Below are positions 49,793 to 58,385 of a stretch of DNA of 61,251 nt, one piece after another; position 1 is the stretch's first letter; each line of letters begins with the position of its first letter. The DNA is from a virus. The position numbers were made by a program, and so were the translations under genes. Below the pieces are notes generated by a model. It saw nothing but the letters and a program-made list of their open reading frames with translations, had not been told where the DNA came from and searched no databases. The stretch lies in the IMG/VR virus record IMGVR_UViG_3300029951_000031, one strand, 5' to 3'.

Positions 49793-51220
49793 ATGACGAC
49801 CGATCAAGCTTCCACAATCGAAACCGCGATGTCAACGGCGATATCGACGGGTGCCAATTCATATTCTCTCACTGCTCAAAATTCAGTAAGCAAATTGACC
49901 ATTCCTCAAGGTATCAATCATCTTATCTGTGACACTGTGTTGTTGGGCCAATCAACATCGTCACAAAATTCAATATTAGAAGTCCTCAATATTACGGAAT
50001 TAAAAACGGACGGGAAAAATATTATTTCCGGCGGCTATGTGACAAATTATGGTAGCGGTTTGAAAATTTGGGCAAACACTGCAGGAGGATGTTCGCTTTT
50101 AGATATCGAAGGTGTTGATGTTATCGGCGCGCCTATCGGGATAGATATCGGGGATATCTCGCAGCCCGACGCGTTAGTCAGTGAGCTTAATGTTTCCGGC
50201 ACATCGACGCATGGCTGCCCCAATCCGTTACGCGCGACCGGTACCCAAACAGTAGCTCACATTGCTGACTCAAATCTCATTGCCAGTTACGGGGAGGGAA
50301 CGGGTGCGTGGCTTAACGCGCCGCTGATCGGCATTTTGAGTGTGGGCGCTAATGTGACTATGCAGAACGGCGAACTACTGCAAACCTCATCGACTGCCAC
50401 AACGTCGTATGGTGCGATGCTTGAGCCGATTCAAAGCGAAGCCACGCCTCCATATCCAAATCGATATGGGACGCTGACATTAACGGGCGTCACGATGGAA
50501 ATTGCATCCACATTTATCGCCACGAGTAACCCGAGCAATGTGTCAAATCCCGTAGGCGGTGCGATTATCATGCAAGGTTGCACCGGCATTCACACGCAAA
50601 ATTTGGTTCCGCTGATTGTCACCGACCCTGATTTCAGCGGAGATATTCGGATTGACGCGAGCAACAACATCTATTCGACGGTGCCGCGCACAGTGCCGAC
50701 GATCAATGCTCAGGGTCCGTGCAATATTTATGTCGCTGATGGAGCATTTGGAGCCAATTTTCCTTCGATGTTGGCTGGGATCACCGGTGCTGGTCATGTG
50801 CATTTTTCGCATCGCCTCATTCTGGATGTTTCGAATCTTGAGGGACAAGCACTCCCCAACGGGGAAGCCACCGTTTTGAAATACCAAAACCAAAATACCA
50901 CTGGGGATCTTGCATATTTTGCTGCCGGTTGGAATGCATCACAGGGTACATTTACGATAATCGCGCCAGGCGGGGTAAAAGGTGCTGAAATCGCCGCCAA
51001 ACTTGATAGTGGGAATGTGACCGACGGTCAGATGTACATATCGGTGAATGGCACGCCGCTGGGCTTTGGCCCCGTAGATTTGATGGGATCGCCAACACTT
51101 GGCTTAGGCGACCTTAATTTTGGGGATATTGTAAGCGCGACCTTGATCAATATTGCAAGTGGCCCATGTGTTGCAGGCAGTACGGCGGCAGATTATATAA
51201 AAATATGGGCCTCAGCCTGA
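49793..51220 (+). CDS. Second fibre or tailspike-like protein (possible beta-helix)
   Basis: 475 aa, AT-richer, with Gly/Asn/Thr-rich repetitive strands. Confidence 0.5.
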   Translation: MTTDQASTIETAMSTAISTGANSYSLTAQNSVSKLTIPQGINHLICDTVLLGQSTSSQNSILEVLNITELKTDGKNIISGGYVTNYGSGLKIWANTAGGCSLLDIEGVDVIGAPIGIDIGDISQPDALVSELNVSGTSTHGCPNPLRATGTQTVAHIADSNLIASYGEGTGAWLNAPLIGILSVGANVTMQNGELLQTSSTATTSYGAMLEPIQSEATPPYPNRYGTLTLTGVTMEIASTFIATSNPSNVSNPVGGAIIMQGCTGIHTQNLVPLIVTDPDFSGDIRIDASNNIYSTVPRTVPTINAQGPCNIYVADGAFGANFPSMLAGITGAGHVHFSHRLILDVSNLEGQALPNGEATVLKYQNQNTTGDLAYFAAGWNASQGTFTIIAPGGVKGAEIAAKLDSGNVTDGQMYISVNGTPLGFGPVDLMGSPTLGLGDLNFGDIVSATLINIASGPCVAGSTAADYIKIWASA

Positions 51221-51292
51221 TTCAAAGGTTTCTCTTGCAAATTATCTGTTTTTTGATATCGTGTGCTCGATAATATTGGGTACGGCACGATA

Positions 51293-52462
51293 ATGAAAAA
51301 AATAGATTCCCTGACTTCTCTACGGTTTTTTGCCGCGCTGTGTGTCGCACTGGGGCATACAAAAGGGGGTTTCGCCGCTACGGCCTGGATGCCGTGGTTC
51401 CCATATGGCTACGGCGTGATCTGTTTTTTCGTTTTATCGGGATTTATTCTGAGCTACGTCTATCCAGATTTTCGAGCGATGCATGACGTGAAAGCATTCT
51501 ATGTCGCCAGAATCGCGCGCATCTGGCCGCTGCACCTTGTCACCTTCGCCATTTTTCTGCTGCTCACACCGTCTGCGCAGTGGTTTATCACTCAGGCAAC
51601 CGATCATCGGCTTCGAGTGACTATCGCCAATTTATTTCTAGTCCAGGCGTGGATACCGAAGTACGGTTACATGCTATCGTTTAATCCGGTTTCATACACT
51701 TTATCAATGGAGTTGTTTTTCTATATCATGTTCCCGTTCCTTTTTTATAAGTGGCGCTCGACATGGCACTGGAAAACACTACTCGTGCTAATTTTCAGCG
51801 CATCGATATTGACGATCGCGACAGCCAGAGGCGTACCGAATTACACATATGATCATTCAATGACGGTCTCAGCGTTCGGGTTAGGTGCTGCATCTCCGTT
51901 TGTCGGCATTGTGAATTTCATGCTTGGGATGCTCGGGGCGTCGATCTTTAAATGGCTGAACTCTAAAAAATTGCCGGATGGGATTGTTCTGTGGACGATC
52001 ATCGAAGTTGCGGCGCTTTATTCTCTCTTCGTTTTGCACCGTTTTGGTGACTTCCCGAGCCGCGCCGTTGGGCATGTTTTGACCGGCTCGCCATGGTTGT
52101 ATTTTTCAGATTCAGCGATTTCAGCACCATCATTCATGGTCATCATTATCGTGATCGGTCTCAATCGCGGGGCGATTTCTAAGATGCTGACAACTAAACC
52201 GCTGATATTGCTTGGCGAGACAAGTTTTGCCTTGTATCTGATTCACTTGCTGTTTTTTATGTGGCTGACTGCGAATCGTGCATCGCTGACCGAAATTCCT
52301 GATTGGGTTCAGTGCTTTTCGTATTGGACAGCATGTTTTGCATCGGCGTTCGCCCTGTGGGCATTGGTAGAAAAACCTTGCCGAATCAAATTGAAAGAAT
52401 GGATTTTGACTCCTAAGAGAAAACGCGATACTAGTTTTTCAGCAATAAAAACCGTTGCGTAG
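51293..52462 (+). CDS. Acyltransferase family 3 membrane protein (O-antigen/LPS acetylase-like)
   Basis: 389 aa from the ATG at 51293. IDSLTSLRFFAALCVALGH N-terminus and about 10 TM helices, typical of OafA/Oac-type enzymes. Confidence 0.8.
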   Translation: MKKIDSLTSLRFFAALCVALGHTKGGFAATAWMPWFPYGYGVICFFVLSGFILSYVYPDFRAMHDVKAFYVARIARIWPLHLVTFAIFLLLTPSAQWFITQATDHRLRVTIANLFLVQAWIPKYGYMLSFNPVSYTLSMELFFYIMFPFLFYKWRSTWHWKTLLVLIFSASILTIATARGVPNYTYDHSMTVSAFGLGAASPFVGIVNFMLGMLGASIFKWLNSKKLPDGIVLWTIIEVAALYSLFVLHRFGDFPSRAVGHVLTGSPWLYFSDSAISAPSFMVIIIVIGLNRGAISKMLTTKPLILLGETSFALYLIHLLFFMWLTANRASLTEIPDWVQCFSYWTACFASAFALWALVEKPCRIKLKEWILTPKRKRDTSFSAIKTVA

Positions 52463-52480
52463 TCGAATCATTCAACCATC

Positions 52481-52508
52481 AAAGCCGCTTTCGAGCGGCT
52501 TTTTTTAT
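52481..52508 (+). terminator. Rho-independent terminator
   Basis: AAAGCCGC-tttcga-GCGGCTTT followed by TTTTTAT. Confidence 0.8.
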
Positions 52509-52524
52509 GTCTCGGAGCAGATGA

Positions 52525-52929
52525 ATGAACGACCAAGACGCGATCAACGAGTTGCGGGACCGAATGGGGCGCGCAGAGAATGCGCTATCGCACGGCGACC
52601 AGAAATTCGTGGATGTCATGGATGGGCTGACAAAGGTAACGGCCCACTTGCAGCGCCAGGACGCCGCGACTCTTGAGCTTGGCAGAAAGATTGATCTGCA
52701 AGGCGAGCGCACTGCAGCGATCGTTGATATGTGGGATGGCGGCGTAAATGCCACGCGGTTCTTTTGTCGACTTGCGCGCGGCTGGGAGTGGGGTGTTAGG
52801 CAGATTTTCTCCAAGCGCTTTGTGGCGCTCGTGATTGGATATCTCGTTTTTCATTACATCTTTTTCCATTCGTTGCCCGAGTGGACGAAGTGGATCGTGG
52901 CCGCATACAAGATTTACGAGGGCAATTGA
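52525..52929 (+). CDS. Membrane-anchored coiled-coil protein (possible holin or lysis regulator)
   Basis: 134 aa. Hydrophobic FVALVIGYLVFHYIFF near the C-terminus. Immediately upstream of the endolysin. Confidence 0.4.
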   Translation: MNDQDAINELRDRMGRAENALSHGDQKFVDVMDGLTKVTAHLQRQDAATLELGRKIDLQGERTAAIVDMWDGGVNATRFFCRLARGWEWGVRQIFSKRFVALVIGYLVFHYIFFHSLPEWTKWIVAAYKIYEGN

Positions 52930-52930
52930 A

Positions 52931-53542
52931 ATGATGCCATCAGTCATTCAAGTCGGCTGCGGCGCGACATCGATCAGCGCCGAAGCCTGGGCACCGCCGA
53001 TCCAAGCGGCCTGCGATCGCTTCCAAATCAATACACCACTGCGCCAAGCCGCTTTCCTGGCCCAGATCGGGCATGAGAGCGCGGGTCTAACCGCTCTGGT
53101 CGAGAACCTGAACTACGGAGCCGCCGGGCTGATGGCTACCTGGCCGACACATTTCGATGCGCCCGAGGCCAATCAGTACGCACGGCAGCCGGAGGCTATC
53201 GCGAACTACGTCTACGCCGGCCGGAATGGTAACGGCGATCAGGCGAGCGGTGACGGATGGCTCTACCGCGGTCGAGGCTGCATTCAGATCACCGGCCGCA
53301 CGAATTACACGTTGGCGGCGGTGGGGCTCGGCCTTGATTTGGTAGCCCACCCGGAATTACTCGAACAACCGGTCAATGCAGCGCTATCGGCGGCTTGGTG
53401 GTGGGCGAATCACGGCCTCAACGAACTCGCGGACGCGCAGAATTTTAGCCAGATCACGAAGGTGATAAATGGCGGACTCACGGGATATCCGCATCGCTTG
53501 GCGCTTTATGGGGCCGCGAAGGTCGCATTGGGAATTGCATGA
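52931..53542 (+). CDS. Endolysin, glycoside hydrolase family 19 (chitinase-like)
   Basis: 203 aa. AAFLAQIGHESAGL...YRGRGCIQITGRTNY...INGGLTG is the GH19 phage lysin signature. Confidence 0.85.
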   Translation: MMPSVIQVGCGATSISAEAWAPPIQAACDRFQINTPLRQAAFLAQIGHESAGLTALVENLNYGAAGLMATWPTHFDAPEANQYARQPEAIANYVYAGRNGNGDQASGDGWLYRGRGCIQITGRTNYTLAAVGLGLDLVAHPELLEQPVNAALSAAWWWANHGLNELADAQNFSQITKVINGGLTGYPHRLALYGAAKVALGIA

Positions 53543-53832
53543 AATTCCACGAACAGATGCATCACACCGGTGAGCGGGCAATGCTTTTCGAGTGTCCTGG
53601 GTGCGAATTCTTGCACGTAATTCGAATCACCGGAGGCGGTCATCCTTGCTGGTCGTTCAACGGGGATCTTGATAAGCCGACCGTTTCACCAAGCATATTG
53701 GTCACGTCGCAATGGAAGGGCGCTGACACGGTGTGTCACTCGTTCATCGCCGATGGAATGATCCAGTTTCTGGATGACTGCACGCACAAGTTCGCAGGCC
53801 AGACAGTACCAATTCCCGATTGGGAAGACTGA
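53539..53832 (+). CDS. Hypothetical Cys-rich protein (97 aa)
   Basis: ORF track; CPGC...C...C pattern. Confidence 0.55.
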   Translation: MKFHEQMHHTGERAMLFECPGCEFLHVIRITGGGHPCWSFNGDLDKPTVSPSILVTSQWKGADTVCHSFIADGMIQFLDDCTHKFAGQTVPIPDWED

Positions 53833-53853
53833 TCCGCTTCAACTTATTCACTG

Positions 53854-53880
53854 ACCCGGCCCCGCGCCGGGTTTTTTATT
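53854..53880 (+). terminator. Rho-independent terminator
   Basis: ACCCGGC-cccgc-GCCGGGT followed by TTTTTATTT. Confidence 0.8.
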
Positions 53881-53888
53881 TCTAGACT

Positions 53889-54029
53889 ATGACAACCAGA
53901 TGCAGCCACAAAGTGCCGCTTGAGTCTCCGTGCGCGCAATGCACGGCAGAGGGGATGATGGCTGAAGAGCTTGGTGCGCCCTTGCAGGCCCATCCTTCCG
54001 ATACGGAGCCAGTAAAGAGAAATCCATGA
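53889..54029 (+). CDS. Possible Cys-containing mini-protein (46 aa)
   Basis: Hand-translated MTTRCSHKVPLESPCAQCTAEG...; ATGA overlap with the next gene. Confidence 0.35.
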   Translation: MTTRCSHKVPLESPCAQCTAEGMMAEELGAPLQAHPSDTEPVKRNP

Positions 54030-54532
54030 CCAAAGAACACGAGCAATCTGAACGCCTGACTCAAGACGTGGTTTACCCGGCGCACGAAGATCGTACCGAG
54101 TCCTCAGAGTTTCGCAAAAACAAGAGGCTGCTGGTCAAGCAGCTTGATGTGCCGTGCTGGATTTGCGGATCGCGCGAAAACCGGGAGGTTCATCACCTTT
54201 TCGAGTGGAGCCTGTTTCCAGCGCTAGATACGGACAAGATGCTGGATACGCTGCATGTCTTCGATCCGTACGGCTACACCCACAAGATGGGCGAGCAGCC
54301 GATTGAGTCACCGGACGATATCCGAAACCTCGTCGTTCTGTGCGGTCATCATGAGGTTGGGGGTGTCGCCGTTCCCGGCGGTCACCATCGCGGTGTCAAT
54401 CTCGGAGTCCACGAAATCACCCTGCCGATATGGCTATCGCTGCGCGCCGTGAAGCCTGGGATTGAAATCACGAAAGCAGTAAGCCACGCGCAGAACGAAG
54501 ACAAAAAGCTTCGTGGCACGAAACAGCCATAG
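54026..54532 (+). CDS. HNH-like endonuclease
   Basis: 168 aa; CWICGSRENREVHHLFEW and NLVVLCGHHE motifs. Confidence 0.65.
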   Translation: MTKEHEQSERLTQDVVYPAHEDRTESSEFRKNKRLLVKQLDVPCWICGSRENREVHHLFEWSLFPALDTDKMLDTLHVFDPYGYTHKMGEQPIESPDDIRNLVVLCGHHEVGGVAVPGGHHRGVNLGVHEITLPIWLSLRAVKPGIEITKAVSHAQNEDKKLRGTKQP

Positions 54533-54607
54533 TATAATGACAAGGCCCACTCGGTGCGTCAACACCTTGTGGGCCTCTAACCTCCATCTAATCTCGGAGA
54601 TTAAACG

Positions 54608-55639
54608 ATGGCTGCGTCAGATTTTACTCTAATTGGCTCGCGGTTCTCCCGGCTCGTTGTCACAAGCCCATTTTGGGCCGATAAGTTCCATATCCGCAGA
54701 GTGCGATGCATTTGCGATTGCGGGTCTGAAACTGAGGCCAGTTGCCAACAACTGGTCAAGGGCATCAAGAAATCCTGTGGCTGCCTCAGGCGGGATGCAG
54801 CCCAAGCGTATGCTCTGAGGATGGCCGATGAAGGAAAGATCGCCTCGGTTTCCGCCGGATCCGTTTTTGGTCGATTGACGATCAAAACTGGAAAGGTGAT
54901 TGGCAGTGGCGCGCGCCGTAAAGTTTTATGCGCGTGCGTATGCGGAGCGGATAAGGTTGCCGCCATCGCAGACCTCCGCGCAGGCAAGACGACGTCATGC
55001 GGGTGCTACCAGAAGGAAAGAGTGCAGGAAACCTTTCCTTTGCCTATCGGCCAGAGATTCGGAAAGCTGGTGATTGTGAGGGGCGCAGGTTATCAGGCGC
55101 GCGGTAGGATGGTTGAGGCTCAATGCGACTGCGGCAACCTGACTGTTGCGAATATCGATAACATTCGCAATGGACATACTGCTTCGTGCGGATGTCAAAA
55201 GGTAATCGCCGCCCAGTCAAGGGCGAAACATGGCCACTCGCGGAAAAGCGCATTTAACCGTACGTATTCGATCTATCGCGACATGCGCACGCGATGCGAG
55301 AACCCGAAGTATCGCGAGTTTCACCTATATGGTGGGCGCGGTATCGCCGTTTGCGAGCGGTGGCGAAGCGGTTACGAATTCTTCCTGCAAGATATGGGGG
55401 AGCGGCCGCCGGGCCTGACACTGGAGAGAGAGCGTGTGAATGAAGGATATTCGCCGGAAAACTGTAAATGGGCGACCAATGAAGAGCAGGCGAACAACAA
55501 ACGCAACAACGTTTTCATTGAGCACCAAGGTAAACGACTAACGATTGCGCAGTGGTCGCGCGAACTTGGGTTGAAAGCTGGAACGCTATATTTCCGGCAT
55601 AGCAGAGGATGGCCGCCCGAACGAATACTGTCCGCTTAA
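54608..55639 (+). CDS. Nuclease-like DNA-binding protein, expanded paralog of 6313..6978
   Basis: 343 aa. Four FGRL.V/W.C.C.CG/SCGC-type repeats and a C-terminal LERERVNEGYSPENCKWATNEEQANNKRNN plus HTH-like tail. Confidence 0.6.
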   Translation: MAASDFTLIGSRFSRLVVTSPFWADKFHIRRVRCICDCGSETEASCQQLVKGIKKSCGCLRRDAAQAYALRMADEGKIASVSAGSVFGRLTIKTGKVIGSGARRKVLCACVCGADKVAAIADLRAGKTTSCGCYQKERVQETFPLPIGQRFGKLVIVRGAGYQARGRMVEAQCDCGNLTVANIDNIRNGHTASCGCQKVIAAQSRAKHGHSRKSAFNRTYSIYRDMRTRCENPKYREFHLYGGRGIAVCERWRSGYEFFLQDMGERPPGLTLERERVNEGYSPENCKWATNEEQANNKRNNVFIEHQGKRLTIAQWSRELGLKAGTLYFRHSRGWPPERILSA

Positions 55640-55649
55640 TCCATCACAA

Positions 55650-55673
55650 ACCCGCTTCGGCGGGTATTTTTTT
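55650..55673 (+). terminator. Rho-independent terminator
   Basis: ACCCGC-TTCG-GCGGGT followed by ATTTTTTT. Confidence 0.8.
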
Positions 55674-55719
55674 GCCTGAAGTTACCCGTATCGACTCACC
55701 AACCCGCATAGGAGCATCA

Positions 55720-55947
55720 ATGAATAACGCACTTGTCACCGGCGGCGTAGCCGTCACCTCGGGCTCGGTTGCTGGCTTGATTCAGTGGATTTTCACGGGA
55801 TTCGGCCATCCGGTGCCGGCCGATGTTATGCCGCTTCTGGTCGGTGGTGCAGTGGCCGCCGGGCACGTCGCTCAGATGGCGATCAAAGCCAAGTTCGGCG
55901 CCGTCGTCGCTGCTCCGATTGCCGTCCCAGCCGCACCCGCAGCATGA
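55720..55947 (+). CDS. Putative holin (75 aa, two TM helices)
   Basis: ALVTGGVAVTSGSVAGLIQWIF and VMPLLVGGAVAAGHVAQMAI; GGAG SD. Confidence 0.45.
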   Translation: MNNALVTGGVAVTSGSVAGLIQWIFTGFGHPVPADVMPLLVGGAVAAGHVAQMAIKAKFGAVVAAPIAVPAAPAA

Positions 55948-56249
55948 TTCGCGCTCTGTTGGTCTTGGCGCTCGCTGGCCTATCCGGATGCTCGACCTAT
56001 ATCGTTCGCCCGTTCTACAGCGCCGATCTCAAGAAAATGGTCTGCTGCGAAGCGCTAGTGCAAGACGGCCGAGATTTAACGTCACTCAGTCTCGATGCGA
56101 CCGAGAACAACGGCAACTACGCTATCCATTTTCAAGAGGCTGGTGTCAGCGCCTCTGCCCCGATTGCGGCCGGTGCAGCAGGTGCCAGTGCTGTAGCCGG
56201 TGCGGTCACAAGCGCCGTTGGTGCCGCCGCAAAAATCTCTCTACCTTAG
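55944..56249 (+). CDS. Lipoprotein with a C-terminal hydrophobic segment (u-spanin candidate)
   Basis: 101 aa. Lipobox LSGC at residues 13-16, and a C-terminal APIAAGAAGASAVAGAVTSAVGAAA. Confidence 0.5.
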   Translation: MIRALLVLALAGLSGCSTYIVRPFYSADLKKMVCCEALVQDGRDLTSLSLDATENNGNYAIHFQEAGVSASAPIAAGAAGASAVAGAVTSAVGAAAKISLP

Positions 56250-56256
56250 GAAAATC

Positions 56257-56691
56257 ATGAAATCGATCTTTATCGCGGCCTTGGCCGCTGTTTGTGTTGC
56301 ATTCGCCGGCTGCACCTCGGCTCCCGTGTCCATCCCCACGCCGCAGCAACTTGTGACGGATTTTTGCCCGATTGTGAATGCTGACTTGGCCGTGTTATCG
56401 GTCTCGCCGCTCCTGACCGCGAGCCAGCAATCGCTGCTGACAAATACGATCATCCCGGATAATAAGGCCGTTTGCGCGGCCGGCGCGGTTATCAATGTGG
56501 CGAGCCTCCAGACGTTGCAAGCCACGGCCTTCCCGGCGCTGATTACGCTTGTCGGCTCGCTGCCGGACCTGCCGAATCAGCCAGCTATTCTGCTTGGTTT
56601 GACGCTAGCTCAGCCGATTCTGACGCAGATTATCAATGCGTTGCCCGTTACGACTGCTCCAACCGCTGCATCAACACCTGAGGTGCAATGA
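56257..56691 (+). CDS. Lipoprotein (144 aa)
   Basis: Signal peptide with lipobox FAGC. Confidence 0.6.
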   Translation: MKSIFIAALAAVCVAFAGCTSAPVSIPTPQQLVTDFCPIVNADLAVLSVSPLLTASQQSLLTNTIIPDNKAVCAAGAVINVASLQTLQATAFPALITLVGSLPDLPNQPAILLGLTLAQPILTQIINALPVTTAPTAASTPEVQ

Positions 56692-56987
56692 TGAAGACGC
56701 TTGCTGCCGCGATTTTTGCCATCGCACTGACAAACGCTCAGGCCGCCACACTTCAAGACACAGCAACCCGCTGCGTGTTAGACGGTGTAAATCAGAATCT
56801 AAATGCGGTTCGAGCGCCATCCAATTTTAATGCGTTGGGAATGGGGGAAATTTCCTGGAGCGATGTTAATGAGGCATTGTACTGCCCGCACATCATTGAC
56901 CGAGCTAATGCTGAGGTTGCTCGTCAGGCAACTGATGCAAAGGCGCGATTCCAGGCTGATCTTATGCGATACAGCACGCCGCAATGA
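56688..56987 (+). CDS. Secreted protein (99 aa)
   Basis: Sec-type signal peptide MMKTLAAAIFAIALTNAQA. Confidence 0.6.
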   Translation: MMKTLAAAIFAIALTNAQAATLQDTATRCVLDGVNQNLNAVRAPSNFNALGMGEISWSDVNEALYCPHIIDRANAEVARQATDAKARFQADLMRYSTPQ

Positions 56988-57583
56988 TTCCTCTCGATTA
57001 TGCGTTTCTGGCGCAGGAGGCCTATGCCGCAGCGCCCGATATCGGCATAGCAGATAGCGCCTCTCGGGCGATAGTGCGACAGACTCCGGCGGGTCTTGTT
57101 GTGGCGTTCCGCGGCTCCGACGATATCGATGCGTGGCTGCATGACTTTGATGCACTGACCACCGATGTGATGGGCGTCGGTCCCGTACATGCGGGTTTTT
57201 GGGATGCGTGGCAGTCTATCGCCACGGATGTCCTGGCGGCGATCAATGGCCAGCCGGTTACGCTCGTCGGCCACTCTCTCGGTGCCGCTATCGCTTTGTG
57301 CGCAGCTACCGAGATGACTCTCTCTGGCATCATGCCTATTGCTGTCTACGGATTCGAGTCGCCCCGCATCAGCCCCACGTCCTGCGTTGCCGATCTGCTC
57401 AAGTCGATCAACCCGTGGCTATGCCGCAATGGAAGCGATCCGGTTCCTGATGTGCCACCACTATGGCGTGCCGGCGGGGTAGTGCGTCAGGTTGGAAAAC
57501 CCGCGGGGCTGGTGCCGGATGTAGATGATCATTTGATGGATCGGGTGATCGCGTCTCTTGCTGTTAATCACGCCATCCATTAG
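56984..57583 (+). CDS. Class 3 lipase-like alpha/beta hydrolase
   Basis: 199 aa. Nucleophile elbow GHSLGAA, SDPVPDVP (Asp) and DDHLM (His). No signal peptide is visible. Confidence 0.7.
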   Translation: MIPLDYAFLAQEAYAAAPDIGIADSASRAIVRQTPAGLVVAFRGSDDIDAWLHDFDALTTDVMGVGPVHAGFWDAWQSIATDVLAAINGQPVTLVGHSLGAAIALCAATEMTLSGIMPIAVYGFESPRISPTSCVADLLKSINPWLCRNGSDPVPDVPPLWRAGGVVRQVGKPAGLVPDVDDHLMDRVIASLAVNHAIH

Positions 57584-57833
57584 AGGCATTTATGGCATCG
57601 CGGATGTGGTTTTCGCGGGGCTTGCTGTCATCCGCTGGCGCGGTAGTTTCGTCGCCGCTCGTCGGGCCGCGCCATTCCCATAGGCGGATCGTCAATCGAT
57701 TGCGATAGAGGGCGTCCGGCTCTGTATTATTGCGCGGCAGATCAATGCCTTTCATCGCGCCAATCGCATCCAGACCGTACCCCGATTCGAGATGCACGGT
57801 TTGGCGAGGATCGATCCAACTAAGATTCAGCAT
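57564..57833 (-). CDS. Hypothetical protein (89 aa)
   Basis: ORF track frame; first ATG at 57833. Confidence 0.45.
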   Translation of the reverse strand: MLNLSWIDPRQTVHLESGYGLDAIGAMKGIDLPRNNTEPDALYRNRLTIRLWEWRGPTSGDETTAPADDSKPRENHIRDAINASNGWRD

Positions 57834-58155
57834 CGCCGTATCCCTGCGCACGCAGCAGCGCCGAAAACTCGGGCGTTAGCGTGAACGTCGCCTTGCGGTC
57901 GGCGTCGACCGATACCGATTGCACATAATCCATGACCGGTGCGGGCGGCAAAGCTTTCATCAAGTCGACGAGCATCGCGTCTCGGGTCTCGGCATTGAGC
58001 GGCTTCCCGGCATAGCCGGATACCACTTGGGTGACTAACGAATGCTGATCCTTGTGAGCTTTGGCGAACTGACGCCGGTATGACCGCAGGCCGCGCGTGT
58101 TTAGGCGATTGGCGCGGGCCATTCTTTCGCATAGACGGCGCAGCTTGAGATTCAT
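57820..58155 (-). CDS. Hypothetical basic protein (111 aa)
   Basis: ORF track; TAATG junction with the upstream gene. Confidence 0.55.
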   Translation of the reverse strand: MNLKLRRLCERMARANRLNTRGLRSYRRQFAKAHKDQHSLVTQVVSGYAGKPLNAETRDAMLVDLMKALPPAPVMDYVQSVSVDADRKATFTLTPEFSALLRAQGYGDAES

Positions 58156-58358
58156 TATCCATTTCTCCCGGTGGTTCGCGTTATGGCAATATCAATCAGC
58201 TTGCCTCGAATATTTTTGATAGCCTTCGCATATCGCAGGGCCGCTGCCCGAGAAAAGTTGACCGCCACGAATTTCGTGCCCGTCTTATCGTTGGCCGCTA
58301 AGCGCATCAATTTCTCAAGACTGCCGAGTTCGTCAAACATATAACGTTTTCTGCCCAT
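58155..58358 (-). CDS. Hypothetical protein (67 aa)
   Basis: ORF track; GGAG SD. Confidence 0.55.
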   Translation of the reverse strand: MGRKRYMFDELGSLEKLMRLAANDKTGTKFVAVNFSRAAALRYAKAIKNIRGKLIDIAITRTTGRNG

Positions 58359-58385
58359 CCCATCTCCTCTCGCCAGTGGCGACGA

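Noticed and set aside
47311-51220. A diversity-generating retroelement or invertible-segment host-range switch at the fibre genes
   Set aside because: There is no reverse transcriptase, no template/variable repeat pair, no invertase gene, and I saw no inverted crossover sites flanking the fibre C-termini.
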